Notes: generated by a model not told the origin, from the sequence alone. A stretch of 63,913 bases of DNA, filler included, from Choristocarpus tenellus KU-1152 (GCA_964200185.2; 9 parts of 9 records of this genome joined end to end with filler, not necessarily neighbours in it); one strand, 5' to 3'. Shown: positions 41,501 through 53,257, counted from the first letter of the whole stretch. A program made the numbers and translations.

Positions 41501-43285
41501 TGTACATGTCGTTTTTATATTGTCTCCATAGTCTAGTGCAGCTCCCTTCAGAGTGAAATTCTTACTCTTAATACTTCTCCACCCTCGATTGATGCTGCGA
41601 TAAGGACTCCTTCCTGACTAAAGGTGAGTACCAGCAGCTTGTGTTCCAGGCTCTTGCAGGACTTCCAGGGTTGGAGATAGTTCATCCCCAAGAAAGGATA
41701 CATTCTATGCCACCGGCAGTGCTTCGCCCTAGAGAGCTATGGACTGGAAAACAGGTGATATATAAGCAGATTGTTCCATTGATTCTTAATTTTTGGAGTT
41801 TTAAAAATACAATCTCCATATTCTTTTCTCATTAAGTAGAAGACAAGTGGTGAGTATTTTGTGAAGTGTATAAGAGGCAGTTGGAATCAGTGATGCTACT
41901 TGTGAGTAAATTTGTGAAATTGCCTTTGGAATTCAGCTCTCCCCCTAAATCGTTTAGTTGTGTGGGATCTGATCATTTTCTTTCCCTTGAGTTAATTTGT
42001 CTAGAGAACATGGTACCTGATGCGTTTTCAACCCTACAAAATATTCTGTTTATTTCATTTGATACCAGGTAATGTCAACAATCCTCCTACACTTGACCTT
42101 AGGTCTGCCTCAGCTAAACTTGGACAGTAAGGCGAAGACACCATCTGTTGCCTTCGGTGATGACCAAGATGAGCACAAGGTATTTCGGTTTTTTCTTTGT
42201 TCATATTTTCTAATGTACAATTGTATCCACCACTCAACAATATTAATTCAGTAATGTCCTACCACTGTACTACTGTTAGCTTGAAAACTAATTCACTCCT
42301 ATGTTTCAATCTATATTTTCTATTACGCAGGTGCTGTTCAGAGAGGGTGAGTTGTTACGGGGTGTCCTTGACAAGGGAGCTTTTGGTTCCTCCACAGGGG
42401 GCATTGTTCATGCTGTGCAGGAGCTTTATGGTGCAACGGCTGCGGGAAAACTGTTGACGGTGAGTACTTGATCATGTCAAGAGGTTAGGTAGCTGAAAGC
42501 TGGGGTGTTAAATAAAGCTTCTGGATATCATTGATTCTTCAATGTGACATCATGACAAACAGTTATCTATGATAGCATATGTTCGTGTCAGCCTTACCCC
42601 AATGTAACCATTTTGGAAATGTCAAGTAGTGTTAATACATATGTAATCGAACTTTCTTGCATTATGTCCTGTGATGTTTGCAACTGGGTATCGTGTGTGT
42701 ATGCAAGAGAAGGCCCTTGGTCGTGTGCTGACCATCTACATGCAGTCATCCGGTCACACCTGCGGCATTGAAGATCTCACACTTAATGCAAAGGCAGAGG
42801 AAGAAAGAGCTAGTATTATAAAAAAGGTATGTTTGATACTGTGCCAGCTGTTACATGACTTCTGTGCATCATAGGTAGAACTGTTGGCATGTATACTGAA
42901 TTAAATTGATTCTGTGCAATGATGGAGAAACTGTCCGTAGTCTGATATATCTGCATTAGGTTGAAGAATGAAGCAAAATGTAGACTTCTTCTCCTGCTGT
43001 CATGACGATCTGTGACTGGGTGAACAATCTCTGAGCATAGTTTACCGAACAACAATATCACATACTATCTTATTTTACTATGACTTCAAACATGTTTCTA
43101 TGCCTGAAAACTGGGTAATTTCAGAAGACTTCAACCCTCCCTTGTCCCCAATCAAATATATTTTTTTCCAGTCTCAAGGTAAAGGTCAGCGAGCCATGCA
43201 AGAGCTACTGGCTGAGCAGGATGGTCAAGATGAGGCAGCAGCTGCAGCAGGGTCTAGTGGTGGGGGAGGTCGAAGTAGTGGGGGG
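32555..43285 (+). CDS. POLR1A: DNA-directed RNA polymerase I largest subunit (RPA190/NRPA1), 5' part, 20 exons, truncated at contig end
   Basis: Phase-consistent GT-AG exon chain: 32555-32697, 33065-33167, 33457-33579, 33854-33978, 34410-34499, 34756-34867, 35669-35737, 36155-36355, 36694-36945, 37946-38007, 38979-39081, 39334-39553, 40395-40504, 40906-41100, 41337-41468, 41605-41754, 42069-42179, 42331-42459, 42713-42826, 43172-43285. Motifs: [19 protein letters not shown] (Zn site), [23 protein letters not shown], catalytic [20 protein letters not shown] and [19 protein letters not shown] and HYANC point to Pol I rather than Pol II or III. Confidence 0.96.
35395..35493 (+). ncRNA. Intronic box C/D snoRNA, snR52/SNORD83-like, predicted guide for the 18S Am420-equivalent (copy 1, Pol I gene intron 6)
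   Basis: 10-bp terminal stem TATATTTTGC/GCAAAATATA. Box C ATGACGA (35406), D' CTGA (35434), C' ATGATGT (35449), box D CTGA (35480). The guide TGCTGCCTTCCTT is complementary to conserved 18S AAGGAAGGCAGCA. Confidence 0.9.
38509..38605 (+). ncRNA. Intronic box C/D snoRNA, snR52/SNORD83-like (copy 2, Pol I gene intron 10)
   Basis: 9-bp terminal stem GAGTTTTGC/GCAAAACTC. Box C ATGACGA (38519), D' CCGA (38547), C' ATGATGA (38562), D CTGA (38593). It has the same 13-nt 18S guide as copy 1, and the outer stem differs from copy 1 while still pairing. Confidence 0.9.
39898..39980 (+). ncRNA. Intronic box C/D snoRNA, predicted LSU rRNA guide just 3' of the P-loop (Pol I gene intron 12)
   Basis: Box C ATGATGA (39903), D' CCGA (39924), C'-like TTGATTT (39936), D CTGA (39973). 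Stem GCCC/GGGT, extended by CTTGGT/ACCAAG (39882/39985). The guide GACACCTGTGTT pairs with conserved LSU AACGCAGGUGUC with one G-U pair. Confidence 0.75.
42912..43040 (+). ncRNA. Intronic box C/D snoRNA, predicted guide for the LSU A-loop Um2921-equivalent (Pol I gene intron 19)
   Basis: Stem CTGTGC/GCATAG. Box C ATGATGG (42919), D' CTGA (42942), C' ATGACGA (43002), D CTGA (43031). The guide TGGGTGAACAATC (43017-43029) is the perfect complement of LSU GAUUGUUCACCCA. The D+5 position falls on the U before GUU. Confidence 0.88.
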
Positions 43286-43385
43286 NNNNNNNNNNNNNNN
43301 NNNNNNNNNNNNNNNNNNNNNNNNNNNNNTTAATTAATTAANNNNNNNNNNNNNNNNNNNNNNNNNNNNNNNNNNNNNNNNNNNN

Positions 43386-43438
<53 letters not shown>

Positions 43439-43762
43439 AGGAAGGAGTTCGTTGTTTTGGGAATATTTGACCCTAACGTCTATTGCCGAAAGGGTTGGGA
43501 ATGGTGGTATTAACAGCAGTTTTCAGAGGGTTGGGGGGGGGGGGGAAGGCAGGCAGACACACAGTCTGTCCTTTCCTCTCCAGAGTTTACTCACAAGAAG
43601 CTAGTAATACCTTCCTATTCCAGCAACTGAAAAGGTGAACACAGTCAGTACCAAACCCAGGAACACTTGTCAAAACAAACACAATCGACAAACAGAAGGG
43701 TACTCAAGAATGATCAATCACACAACCAAGACCAACAGTGTACTACTAGAATACCACTCCGC

Positions 43763-43836
43763 CCTTGGCACCATTAGACCATACCTTGGCACCATTAGAC
43801 CATACCTTGGCACCATTAGACCATTAGACCATTAGA
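43763..43836 (+). repeat. 21-bp tandem repeat x3 with 8-bp subrepeats
   Basis: CCTTGGCACCATTAGACCATA repeated, followed by CATTAGAC units. Confidence 0.9.
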
Positions 43837-43957
43837 CAATACCTTTACCAAGAAGCTTAAGACAACAGAACAACCATTGAAACCCCCCCCCGACCGGACA
43901 GGAAATGAGGGGGGGGGGGGGGGGGGTTAGGGAGCGGATCAAACATGAAAGAGCCAC

Positions 43958-44332
43958 CTTTTCCTTAATGGCCTCAGTTGCTGCTGCCTGCTCCTCTCTA
44001 TGTTGAGCCTCCTCCTTTTCAATAGCCTAGAGAGGGTAAGTGGTAGGCAGTGCCGAAACACCAGGGAGGCCAAGGGTTAGGGTTGGGGCATTGTGCCATG
44101 GACTCAGAACACAGTAACCACCGCCACGAAACAAAAACAAATAGGATACCAGGGGAGAGAGAGAAGGCGTTTGCGCGAGCCAGCAAAAAACAAAATAAAA
44201 AAGCTCTTGAGCGTGCGCATACATTATACATAGAGCTGTTCTTACCGAAACTGTAACTGCACGAAAACGCCTCACCACGGGAACAATAATATCAAGCAAA
44301 AACGCCAGTACAGGGTGAGAGCAATACTACGT

Positions 44333-44398
<66 letters not shown>

Positions 44399-46008
44399 GC
44401 ATCTGACCTTGACACGCATCAACTCCTCGTGCTCCTCCTGCCGTCGCCTGTCGGCCTCAAGAGTCTGTTGATACTCATCATCCTGTAAACGTCAGCGCAT
44501 CGGCACACCCACGGGACTGAGAAATGGATTGGACACACAAGAGTGGATGGCGACCTTCTTGTGCTCTTTGAGACTAGAACTACAGCATGATTCACTCCTC
44601 TTTAGGAGCCTTGCAGACTCAAAGCTACACGCTCTCACACGTACCCCAGGTTGATGCTGCATGAGGACACAACAGTGACACCACATTCCTCAACAACTTC
44701 ATAATGACTTACAACAGCCACCACATCCCACATCCCACATCCCACATCCCACATTCCACATTCCACACCAACACACCAACACTGCATAGCATTCTAAACA
44801 AAGATGTCTTATAGCAGTACCTCCAGTCACATGCTCACAAAACAAATTTGAACCAGACCACAATCCAACTATTGCTCTCCGCCTGTAACACTGCACCCTT
44901 ACCCTATCCCTATGATCACAGATCTGTCCTATCCCCAAAAGACAACTAACAACACCAAAAGCAGTAACTAACAGGAGGGTGCCGTTTAGTTTTTCGAGGG
45001 CCTCTCTGACTTTTTCTGGTGGAATGTAATTTTGGAGCACACGGCAAAACAGATGTGGACTCCAGTTTGACTACATTGTGAATACACTCACTTGTAGAAA
45101 GTGATTTGTCATTACCAACGTCCTTTTCCGAATGTCTTGCCTTCCCTTAAAAACAAACCTGGAAATACTTCTCAAAAAAAGTCAGTCAAAACATCTGAAA
45201 CATGCCCCCTTATCAGTTCAGTTCCCTTCACACTAAAGCTAACCACCAACATCATGAAAATAACCAGTTCATTCTCATAAATAGACTCGTCCCTCCCACA
45301 AGCAAAAAATGAAAAAAAAAAAAGGCAACCTCAATGCAATACCATATGTTCTCCCAAAAAAAATTGCGAATGGAATATCTATTAATAATCTTTTTTTTTT
45401 TTTAAGTGGGATCGGTTGCACAAACTCCCTTTGCTTTCATGTCAAAGCTCCTTCGGGGATTGGGAACTAACCTCAGCACCACATACACCTTCCTCATTAA
45501 ACATCACCTTTCTGACACAACCTTGAATCCTCACCAAACTACAAAGAGGGGACAAGATCGAGTGAGTTACACAGAAGGAAACTCATCGCTCTCTCACCAA
45601 ACTACAAAAATCAAGAAAAACTCTACAATCAAAAACAACTAAAAGATCTATCAACTTCACACCGGTGAACAATCACAACTAAAATATTTCCCTCCCTACT
45701 AGAGAGTCATTCTCACCACACAAAAAAAAAGAGGGTATCAGCCAGGCACCAACACCTTAGTATGTTGCCCGAGCAACAACCCCCTCACTTTGAATCACCT
45801 CAAGTCACCCCAACTCAACTCAACCCAACATATCTCTACCTGCTCTTGTCTGAGTCGACGTGCCTCTTCCCTCTCCCTCTGCTGACGTCTCACACGATCC
45901 AGCCGCTCCTGAAAACGGCCCATGGTTGAAGTCAGCTGCTCCAGTATGGACTCCGTAGTGCCCTGGGCTCCATCAACCCTATCAACCACCTGTTCCACAC
46001 AATCATAG
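43958..46008 (-). CDS. FAF1/FAF2-type UBX-domain protein fragment (end of UAS region plus coiled coil), 3 exons
   Basis: Exons ~46008-45840, 44482-44408 and 44014-43958 join in phase 0. They read ...RLDRVRRQQREREEARRLRQEQ|DDEYQQTLEADRRRQEE..., matching the FAF2 LRQEQDxxYxxSLxAD signature. Confidence 0.7.
44336..44396 (+). repeat. (CA)n microsatellite
   Basis: Direct reading. Shorter (CA)n at 5750-5777, (GTGAT)n at 63577-63608 and (TG)n at 63791-63810. Confidence 0.95.
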
Positions 46009-46048
<40 letters not shown>

Positions 46049-46187
46049 ACACCCAACCCACCTCGCCCCAAAAAAAAAAAAAAAAAANNNNNNNNNNNNN
46101 NNNNNNNNNNNNNNNNNNNNNNNNNNNNNNNTTAATTAATTAANNNNNNNNNNNNNNNNNNNNNNNNNNNNNNNNNNNNNNNNNNNN

Positions 46188-46960
46188 CGTCGCCCGTTGC
46201 CTCCTCAATTGTCTCCATGATCCCCCCCCCCCTCTGTGCGTGGCTTTGCCCCGTCCTGCTGCACAAAGACAGTGTGTCCTTCTGTCCTGGGCATGCAGAC
46301 CTTGATTGCCAGGATGACCTCCTTGCTCATGATCTCCTTATACCTCTCCCCGTTCACCATGGCCGGCACAAGCACCTTGGTGTCCTTGGGGCAGTGTTTC
46401 CTGGAGTGCTGAGCAACCTTAGGGTCCGTGATTGGCCAGATCCCGATTTTCACATCAAACTACAACCCGTTGAAGAGCTTCCTAGGGCGGGCCACAGCTG
46501 CAAGGAACATCACCTTTGTGATGTAACGCTTATTCTGTGCCCATGGGAGTTTGAGGGGGACCTCAATGGGATATGGGTACACACCTTGCCCATCGTTGAG
46601 GATGTAAAACCACTTCTTATCCACATGTACCCAGTCATACAGATCATCCACTAATACCCCACTTCCCCTCCTTCTGTGCGTGTGCCTAATGAAGTAACCC
46701 GTCCTGTTGACTTTCTGGTGGTCTGAGAGGACTGGTATTATCTACTGCTTGACCTTCTTCATCTTCTTGCTCTTGCACAGATTTCACAATGAGGCAAGGG
46801 AGACCCCAGCTTTGGCCGCCCATTTGCAGAAGGATGTGCAGTGTAACCGATGGTGGGATATCCCAAATATAGAGGGTACTTGTACAGTGACCACATCGCC
46901 CCTTGCAATATCGTACAATGGTCCATACGTTCACCCTGTCTGATCTGACTGTCATACTTC
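46188..46960 (-). mobile_element. Degenerate Tc1/mariner transposase (plant/oomycete DD39D-like)
   Basis: Motifs VHVDKKWFY, KVMFLAAVARPR, KIGIWP and VQQDGAKP across frameshifted ORFs 46460-46651 and 46205-46453. Truncated at the contig end. Confidence 0.88.
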
Positions 46961-49244
46961 TTCAGATGATAGAACACGGTAATGGGGGAAATTCCAAAGC
47001 CCTTCGTGATGACCACCACCGTCTCCCAAGGCATCCAAGCCCCACACCCTCTCACCCTCAGGCACCACGCCACCACGCTGTTCTTCATCGGGGTGTTTGA
47101 GTCTGGACCCCAGACAGACTTCTGGACCAAAGAATTGGGACCAACGGGCAACAATGGGATGAACAAGCCGCTCAAACAACAGGGGGCCTTCATCCCAGGC
47201 ATCCCAACAACATCTGCTTCAACAGTTTTACAAGGTTATTAAACCCTGTCAAATGCCACTCGGTCAACTTTGCACTGGTGATCCTCCACAGTCACGGCAG
47301 TCCACCATCTCAAATTTTGCACGCCTCCCAATCTATATAAGAACGAACCCTCGTCCAGAGGGGTTATCACGTGGGTCGTTTCCGGGTGAGAACAGAGCTT
47401 GAAAAAATTATGTTACGTTTAATCCTGAATGGAGAAAGTAGGTTGGAAAAATGTAACCCAAGTCGGATCTCCTGAAGTTAGGTTGGAATCCTAACTACAC
47501 ATGGGATGTGCGATAGATACGTGCCATTTTATGCTTAGTTTGGGTCAAATGATTCAGCCCTCCGAAATATACAGAGACGTTTAAACTCTGCAAAATATGT
47601 TACAGGTCGCTTAATCCCATCAAATATATATGGAATGAAATCTGGCGTCCTAAAACACCTACAAAGTTGCAGTAGCACCTTTGACAAACAATACAGCATG
47701 TGATAGGGCGCACAATCTGACTAAGGGGAGCAGTTATGTTTTCAGGGGGTTTTCTTGTTTTCATATTTGGACAATGGTTTTTCCTATTCATGACACAAAA
47801 CCTATTTCATTGGAGTGCTGATATGCACAGGACTCATAGGGGGTATGTTTTTGGTGGCTGAAGCCGTTGTGGCTGTAAAATGCTGAGTAATGCAGGTGAT
47901 GGGAGAAGAATGGATTAGATAATGTAGACAATGGCAGCAGTCTCTTCAATTTCCTTCTCAAGGGCCCCCCGATATTCAACCAGAAAATTGGGAATATGTG
48001 CTTCCTCTCCTCTATCAGAGATAGGGCCTTGATTCGACCCCTTCTCTACATAGCCCAACCGCTTCGGGATGATACTCAGACCCCTCAATGAAATTTCCAC
48101 CCAAACTTTGTCTTTGCCCAGGTCAACTAATCCCGGCTGAAGACCACTTTTCCGAAAAAGAGTTGTATATAGATGGAGAGTTCATCTCGTTGACTTGTGG
48201 AATAAGGAGGTTGCACCCCTTACGGGAGTTCACTCGAACAATTCCTCTCCCCAACCCCGAGGTGCAAAGAAATATTTCCTCTTTCTCTTTGCAAGTTTTC
48301 GCAACAAGGAAAATCTTGATGTATCCCAATTCCGCTGATAGGCAGACAGTCTCTACCACCTCAGTACTCATATGGTTGTAGATAACGAACTGATAGTATG
48401 GGATCAGCAGTACACGTGCCTGCTCCTCAGCTCTCTGCTGACCAACTTGAGCTTCTCTGTATGCTCCTTAGCATCAGTTTTTCCCAAACCTCTTGAGCAA
48501 TACTCCTGGCAACCTCCTCTACCCGTTCCAGAGGTACATGCAGCCTTGTGCACCCTTGCCTGGCCTTTCCTCGGCCTCCACCTCCCTTGTTTTGGGACGA
48601 ATCACATTGGCAGGTACCTCTAAGGCCGACCCTCTCAACCTCTTGCTCTTGTTATTCGCCATCCCAGGGCTCCTTGCTTGGGGTGTCGATAAGTCAAGAT
48701 CTGGCTTCAAGTGGCAGAAACAAATCCCGACAGATTTGTTCGCCTACTCCGGTTCTACCTAACCACGAACTACAGTCTTCCCTTGTCTTTTTTTTAAAAA
48801 GCAACCTAAGGAGACGGAAGGCGACCAGGAAATCCAAGGTTGGGCTTCCACTTTTTAACGCTAACATCAACAACTCAATGTAATTTTTTTTTAATGCCTA
48901 CGAAGCGAGATTTTCTTATTATTTCTTCCCTCCACGTAGTCCTCAGGAACCATGTCGTGCTTCAAAAATTGTGGGCACAGGACATTTCAAGTACAAACCT
49001 CCTTCCTCGCATTCTATGGGTAGTTGGAGTGTCAGGTCGGCCTGTTGTCTAAGAACCTATCTTAGGTGCAAAGTTAAAGAGTACTCCTGTACTCCCACCT
49101 AATCACATGGCTAAGCATGTCAAAAACGATGTGAGTCAAAGTGATTTGAGGGGTAGGTAGGTAGGTTTGGACAATTTTGCACTCTAAGCCTCCTTTCATA
49201 ACCCTGTGCAGTACACTCTATTTCATTGCTTTATGTACACAATG

Positions 49245-49469
49245 GGAGTCTTACCCTGTTTGTCCATTTGGGGCTTGGCTTCCCACGGGTATTTTATGAC
49301 ATTTTACCAACTCCAAAATGTTTCGGAGTAGGTAAAATTGTATACGTTATGAAAAGGTGTGTTCAGAACAAGGATATTGATACTTCCTAACAAACAAAAT
49401 AACCAGAAATACATAAAAATCGCAACATTTGATTTTGGCCCCAAAATGGACATGGCTCCACTTTGACTC
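49245..49469 (-). mobile_element. MITE A, reverse-oriented degenerate copy
   Basis: Reverse complement of the A interior (CCCTGTTTGTCCATTTGGGGCTTG..GGAGTAGGTAAAA..ACTTCCTAAC), ending in CTTTGACTC. Confidence 0.8.
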
Positions 49470-51021
49470 ATACCCAGAATTAATATTCCCCCTTTCCACA
49501 CACAAAGTGACACAACAATTTGGCGAAGGATCTTTCTGCAATTGAACAAAATTGCATATTTTTGCCCTTTGTCTGGATCCTTAGAATGCAACCTTGCCTA
49601 TCTCTCAATTCCTACTTTGGCTTCATCTAAGATCCTTGGTGAAAAAATATCCAGACATCACTGGTACATCAATCGCCCTGACAACTGGTGGCCCTCCGAA
49701 ATATCCTGGATAGTCTTAAGCTCAACTCACACTTTTTCAGTCCGATTATTCCCTAGTGTTACTGCTAGCCCCCCCGCCCACCTCCCTTTGGTGACTACAG
49801 CAGCTATTTGGGCTTTGGGATCGTTCATGACCCTAACCCTAACCCTAAGCTATGTCTGACTAAAGCTCTAAGTTGCTGGCCTCTATTTGTTGCTCCTGTC
49901 ACACTGTGAGTTGTTAGACCAGAGTAGGTTTTTGGTGGTGTTCTTACCTGCACTTGGGATACTGCCCCCATTGGCCCTGTGGTGCCCACAAAAGCCAGGA
50001 AGAGTTCACGCCCTGATCCACTCTAGTACACTCATCGTCCCTGGACTCAAAGTTTACTTTGAAGACTTGAGAGGTAGAGACACCCCAACACCAAGCATGT
50101 GTATGATGTACTGTCCGTGCCGACCTATCAGCATTGATCTTTGCCTTTGGACCCAAAGTATCTGGGGGGGGGGGGGGGGGGGGGGGCTACACCAGGGTGT
50201 CCATTTGGGTACCAACGATTAAAAGGGTACTTACATTATCTATCCGACNNNNNNNNNNNNNNNNNNNNNNNNNNNNNNNNNNNNNNNNNNNNTTAATTAA
50301 TTAANNNNNNNNNNNNNNNNNNNNNNNNNNNNNNNNNNNNNNNNNNNNGCCCCACTCGGATAGAGATAGGTCAATACCTCTCAATGCAATACCTTGAACC
50401 CTGCCAGGTGGTGCTTTTTTTTTTATTGAGTGAATCGATGCCCCAGGTGGATTCCCCTTTTCTTTGATCTTTAGTTTTAAGAAATTAAAAATTGCGGTAG
50501 TGCCGCTGGAGGAGGATTTACCTAGCCAGGCATTAAGTACGTGAGAAGGTTACCTGAGATAAGGGCAGCATCTACCCTGATGCTATACCATCAACGCGCA
50601 CATCTCCAGAGTCCATTCTGTTCTCATCTACTGTATATGTCAAGACCTCTAGTATAGTGAAACTCTAGTATAGTGAAACTGACTAACTTATTCTGGGAAC
50701 GTTATGAGGTATGCTACTGTTAGTAGTATTGTAACAATCTCGATTCAATATCGTTCATGTAATGATTACTATTGTATCCCAACAGGATTGGAGTAGGAAT
50801 CTTGTCATGTGTATGTATGTATGTATATCAATGGTGTACTATTGATGGTGGGCGTTGGCCCCTTTCTTTTCCCTCTGTTAGCGCTGGGATCATCTTGGTC
50901 AAAAATAGATTTTTTAAATGGTGATTTTGAGACATTTATTTTATTGCAGGAGCTCTGTGGATTGTGTTGATCAAAATGTCTATCTTTTCAAGTTTATGTT
51001 CGTATGGTTTGTTTGTTTTAG

Positions 51022-51245
51022 GAGTTCTGTGGGTGACTTGATGAAGACATCTTTTTATTTTTTGTACCCTTTTGTAAGAGCTCTGTGGGTGACTTGATGA
51101 AGACATCTTTTTATTTTTTGTACCCTTTTGTAAGAGCTCTGTGGGTGACTTGATGAAGACGTCTTTTTATTTTGTGTACCCTTTTGTAAGAGCTCTGTGG
51201 GTGACTTGATGAAGACGTCTTTTTATTTTGTGTACCCTTTTGTAA
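51022..51245 (+). repeat. 56-bp tandem repeat, 4 near-identical units plus degenerate flanking units
   Basis: GAGCTCTGTGGGTGACTTGATGAAGAC(A/G)TCTTTTTATTTT(T/G)TGTACCCTTTTGTAA starts at 51022, 51078, 51134 and 51190. Confidence 0.95.
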
Positions 51246-51372
51246 GAGCTCTGTGGATAGCCTTGATCAATATATCTGCCTTGAAGTTGATTTGATATGT
51301 TGGTTGTAGGGATATCTGTGGATGGCTTGATCAAAATATCTTTTCAATGTTGATGCAATCTATCTGTTGAAG

Positions 51373-51483
51373 GACTTCAGTGGATGATGCCTATGAGGTG
51401 AGGCGGAAATGGGCAGTGTCATCTGCTTTTTTCATGGCCCTTGACGGATTCCTTTTTGGTGGAGGCATCACTCTCATGTGTTG
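51373..51483 (+). CDS. Isolated internal exon of a probable membrane protein
   Basis: AAG acceptor and GTGAGT donor. Reads TSVDDAYEVRRKWAVSSAFFMALDGFLFGGGITLMC, a hydrophobic segment. Confidence 0.4.
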
Positions 51484-52739
51484 GTGAGTACTTCCATCCC
51501 CCCCCTCTCCCTCCTAGGCTTTTGTTGTTTGTAGCTTGTGCTCAAATGAATCAACCTAGAAAATGAATGGAGGTCAGGGTTAGGGTCAGTTAAAAAAACC
51601 TCTTAACCCCCCTTCTCCAATCCCCCCCCCTTGTATAAGAATATCACCAATACAACAATCTTGATCTATTCTTCTATTTGCTTTTTCTGGGTTAGGGTTA
51701 GGGTTAGGGGTACAGTTATCCAGGGATAAATTCCCTGTAACGCTTTCGTGTTATCCCCAAGATCAATAGTAATAATAATAATAAGAAGAAAAGAATACTA
51801 ACATGATCAATATCATATCGATAACAAGAATAACACCAGTAGTAGGAAGATAGCATCAATATCAACAATAATATCAAGAGTATTGCAGTACTATCAAAAA
51901 TATGTTTGTTCAGATGGAGAGGTGGGTTGAGGTTAGGTGCAATATCAATGCTTAGACCAATAGGATAGCTATACACTGTACTATTATAATATATATTTTG
52001 GAAGTAGAAGTTTCACCCAATAGGATGCCCTCATCGTACAATCTCTCCCCCAAGGTTTCGGTCTTCTCATATAATAACAATATTAATGTGTTTGTTCTCA
52101 TTAAATTATTATACCACTCGTATTTTTGTTAATACTAATACTAATTTATGTTTTTGTTGTTTTATTGTTCTTTGCTTAGTTCATTTTCACAGTTGAATTC
52201 AAGATTATATTTCTGTAACTTTTTTTAGCTGCTGCCTATCATACTTTTTGTAGAATAGGACATGATGGTATATGAAATGTGTCACTGACAGTGTAAGGAA
52301 CACCCGAAGTATATATTATCAACAGCTTTTTGTGCAATCATGCACATATACTGCTATCCAAGAAACCAATCCTTGTGTACATCCTACACTAGTATAAAAT
52401 GTGTATATTTTGTTCCTCTAACTTAATTCTGTCCTTGAATTGTGGTGGAATTTTGTATGATGTTCAACTATGATTATACCAAGTAAGAATCAATTAAAAA
52501 TGGAACTGACCTTCTCATTGGTGGACTATATTTCAACATCCCCGTCCCCAACCAATGAGAAGACCAGGTTCATTTTCACCATTTTGGATTTGGTGTATTT
52601 TAGACATATCGAAAAAAGGGTTTTGGTTTATCTGACCTTCTAACATACTTTGTTGGTCGGTAGTATGAGAAGTAGTGTAGTGTGTAATTACTCTGATAAT
52701 ATGATAATAAGCGATCGTGATCACTGATACAAGAGAACC

Positions 52740-53257
52740 AATGGTACTGAATTCTGAGGGATTACATTGGAAGATGTCATTATTTTGGACCTGTGGGGCC
52801 CAGTGGTGGGTTGTAGGCTTGGATGGGTATGCCATGGGGAGAAGCCAGTTGAACCAGCGGTTGATGTGTGTTCATGTTGGGATGACCCACAGTACTATGC
52901 AATGGGGACAATGCCAACCCTAACCCTAACCCTAACCCACGCCACGTGAAGGAGGGTCTCAGATAAACAGCAGTGGGGTTGGCTCAGTGTTGATAGCAAG
53001 AACAAGAGCATGAGTATGTGTCACCAATGAACTGGGTTTGCAGAGATGTTTACAACATGTTGGCATTCCTTGTCCACAAGAAGAGCCTCAAACTGCAGCT
53101 GAAACCCATCAGCAAGTCATATGTAGTGGGTGCTCTCCTGATCAATATTCACACCTGCCTGATCGGTATTAAAAAGACGGAGTGCTTTGGGGTGAAGCCC
53201 CTGGCACTGGAGGAGTGCCTTGCAATCCTTGCCACTACTATTGCATCTCACCAGTGA
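52740..53257 (+). mobile_element. Degenerate PIF/Harbinger (DDE_Tnp_4) transposase C-terminus
   Basis: IILDLWGPVVGCR resembles IAHLxGPVEGRRHD, and DDPQY resembles GDPAY. NWVCRDVYNMLAFLVHKKSLKLQLKPISKSYVVGALLINIHTCL..FGVKPLALEECL matches the typical C-terminal block. Confidence 0.75.

Noticed and set aside
47800-49000. Cluster of short ORFs, possible gag-like relic
   Set aside because: No recognisable motif, LTR or primer-binding site.
51022-51245. Regular repeat as a CRISPR array or snoRNA cluster
   Set aside because: Units are contiguous with no unique spacers and there are no cas genes. TTGATGA is present but there is no box D or terminal stem.
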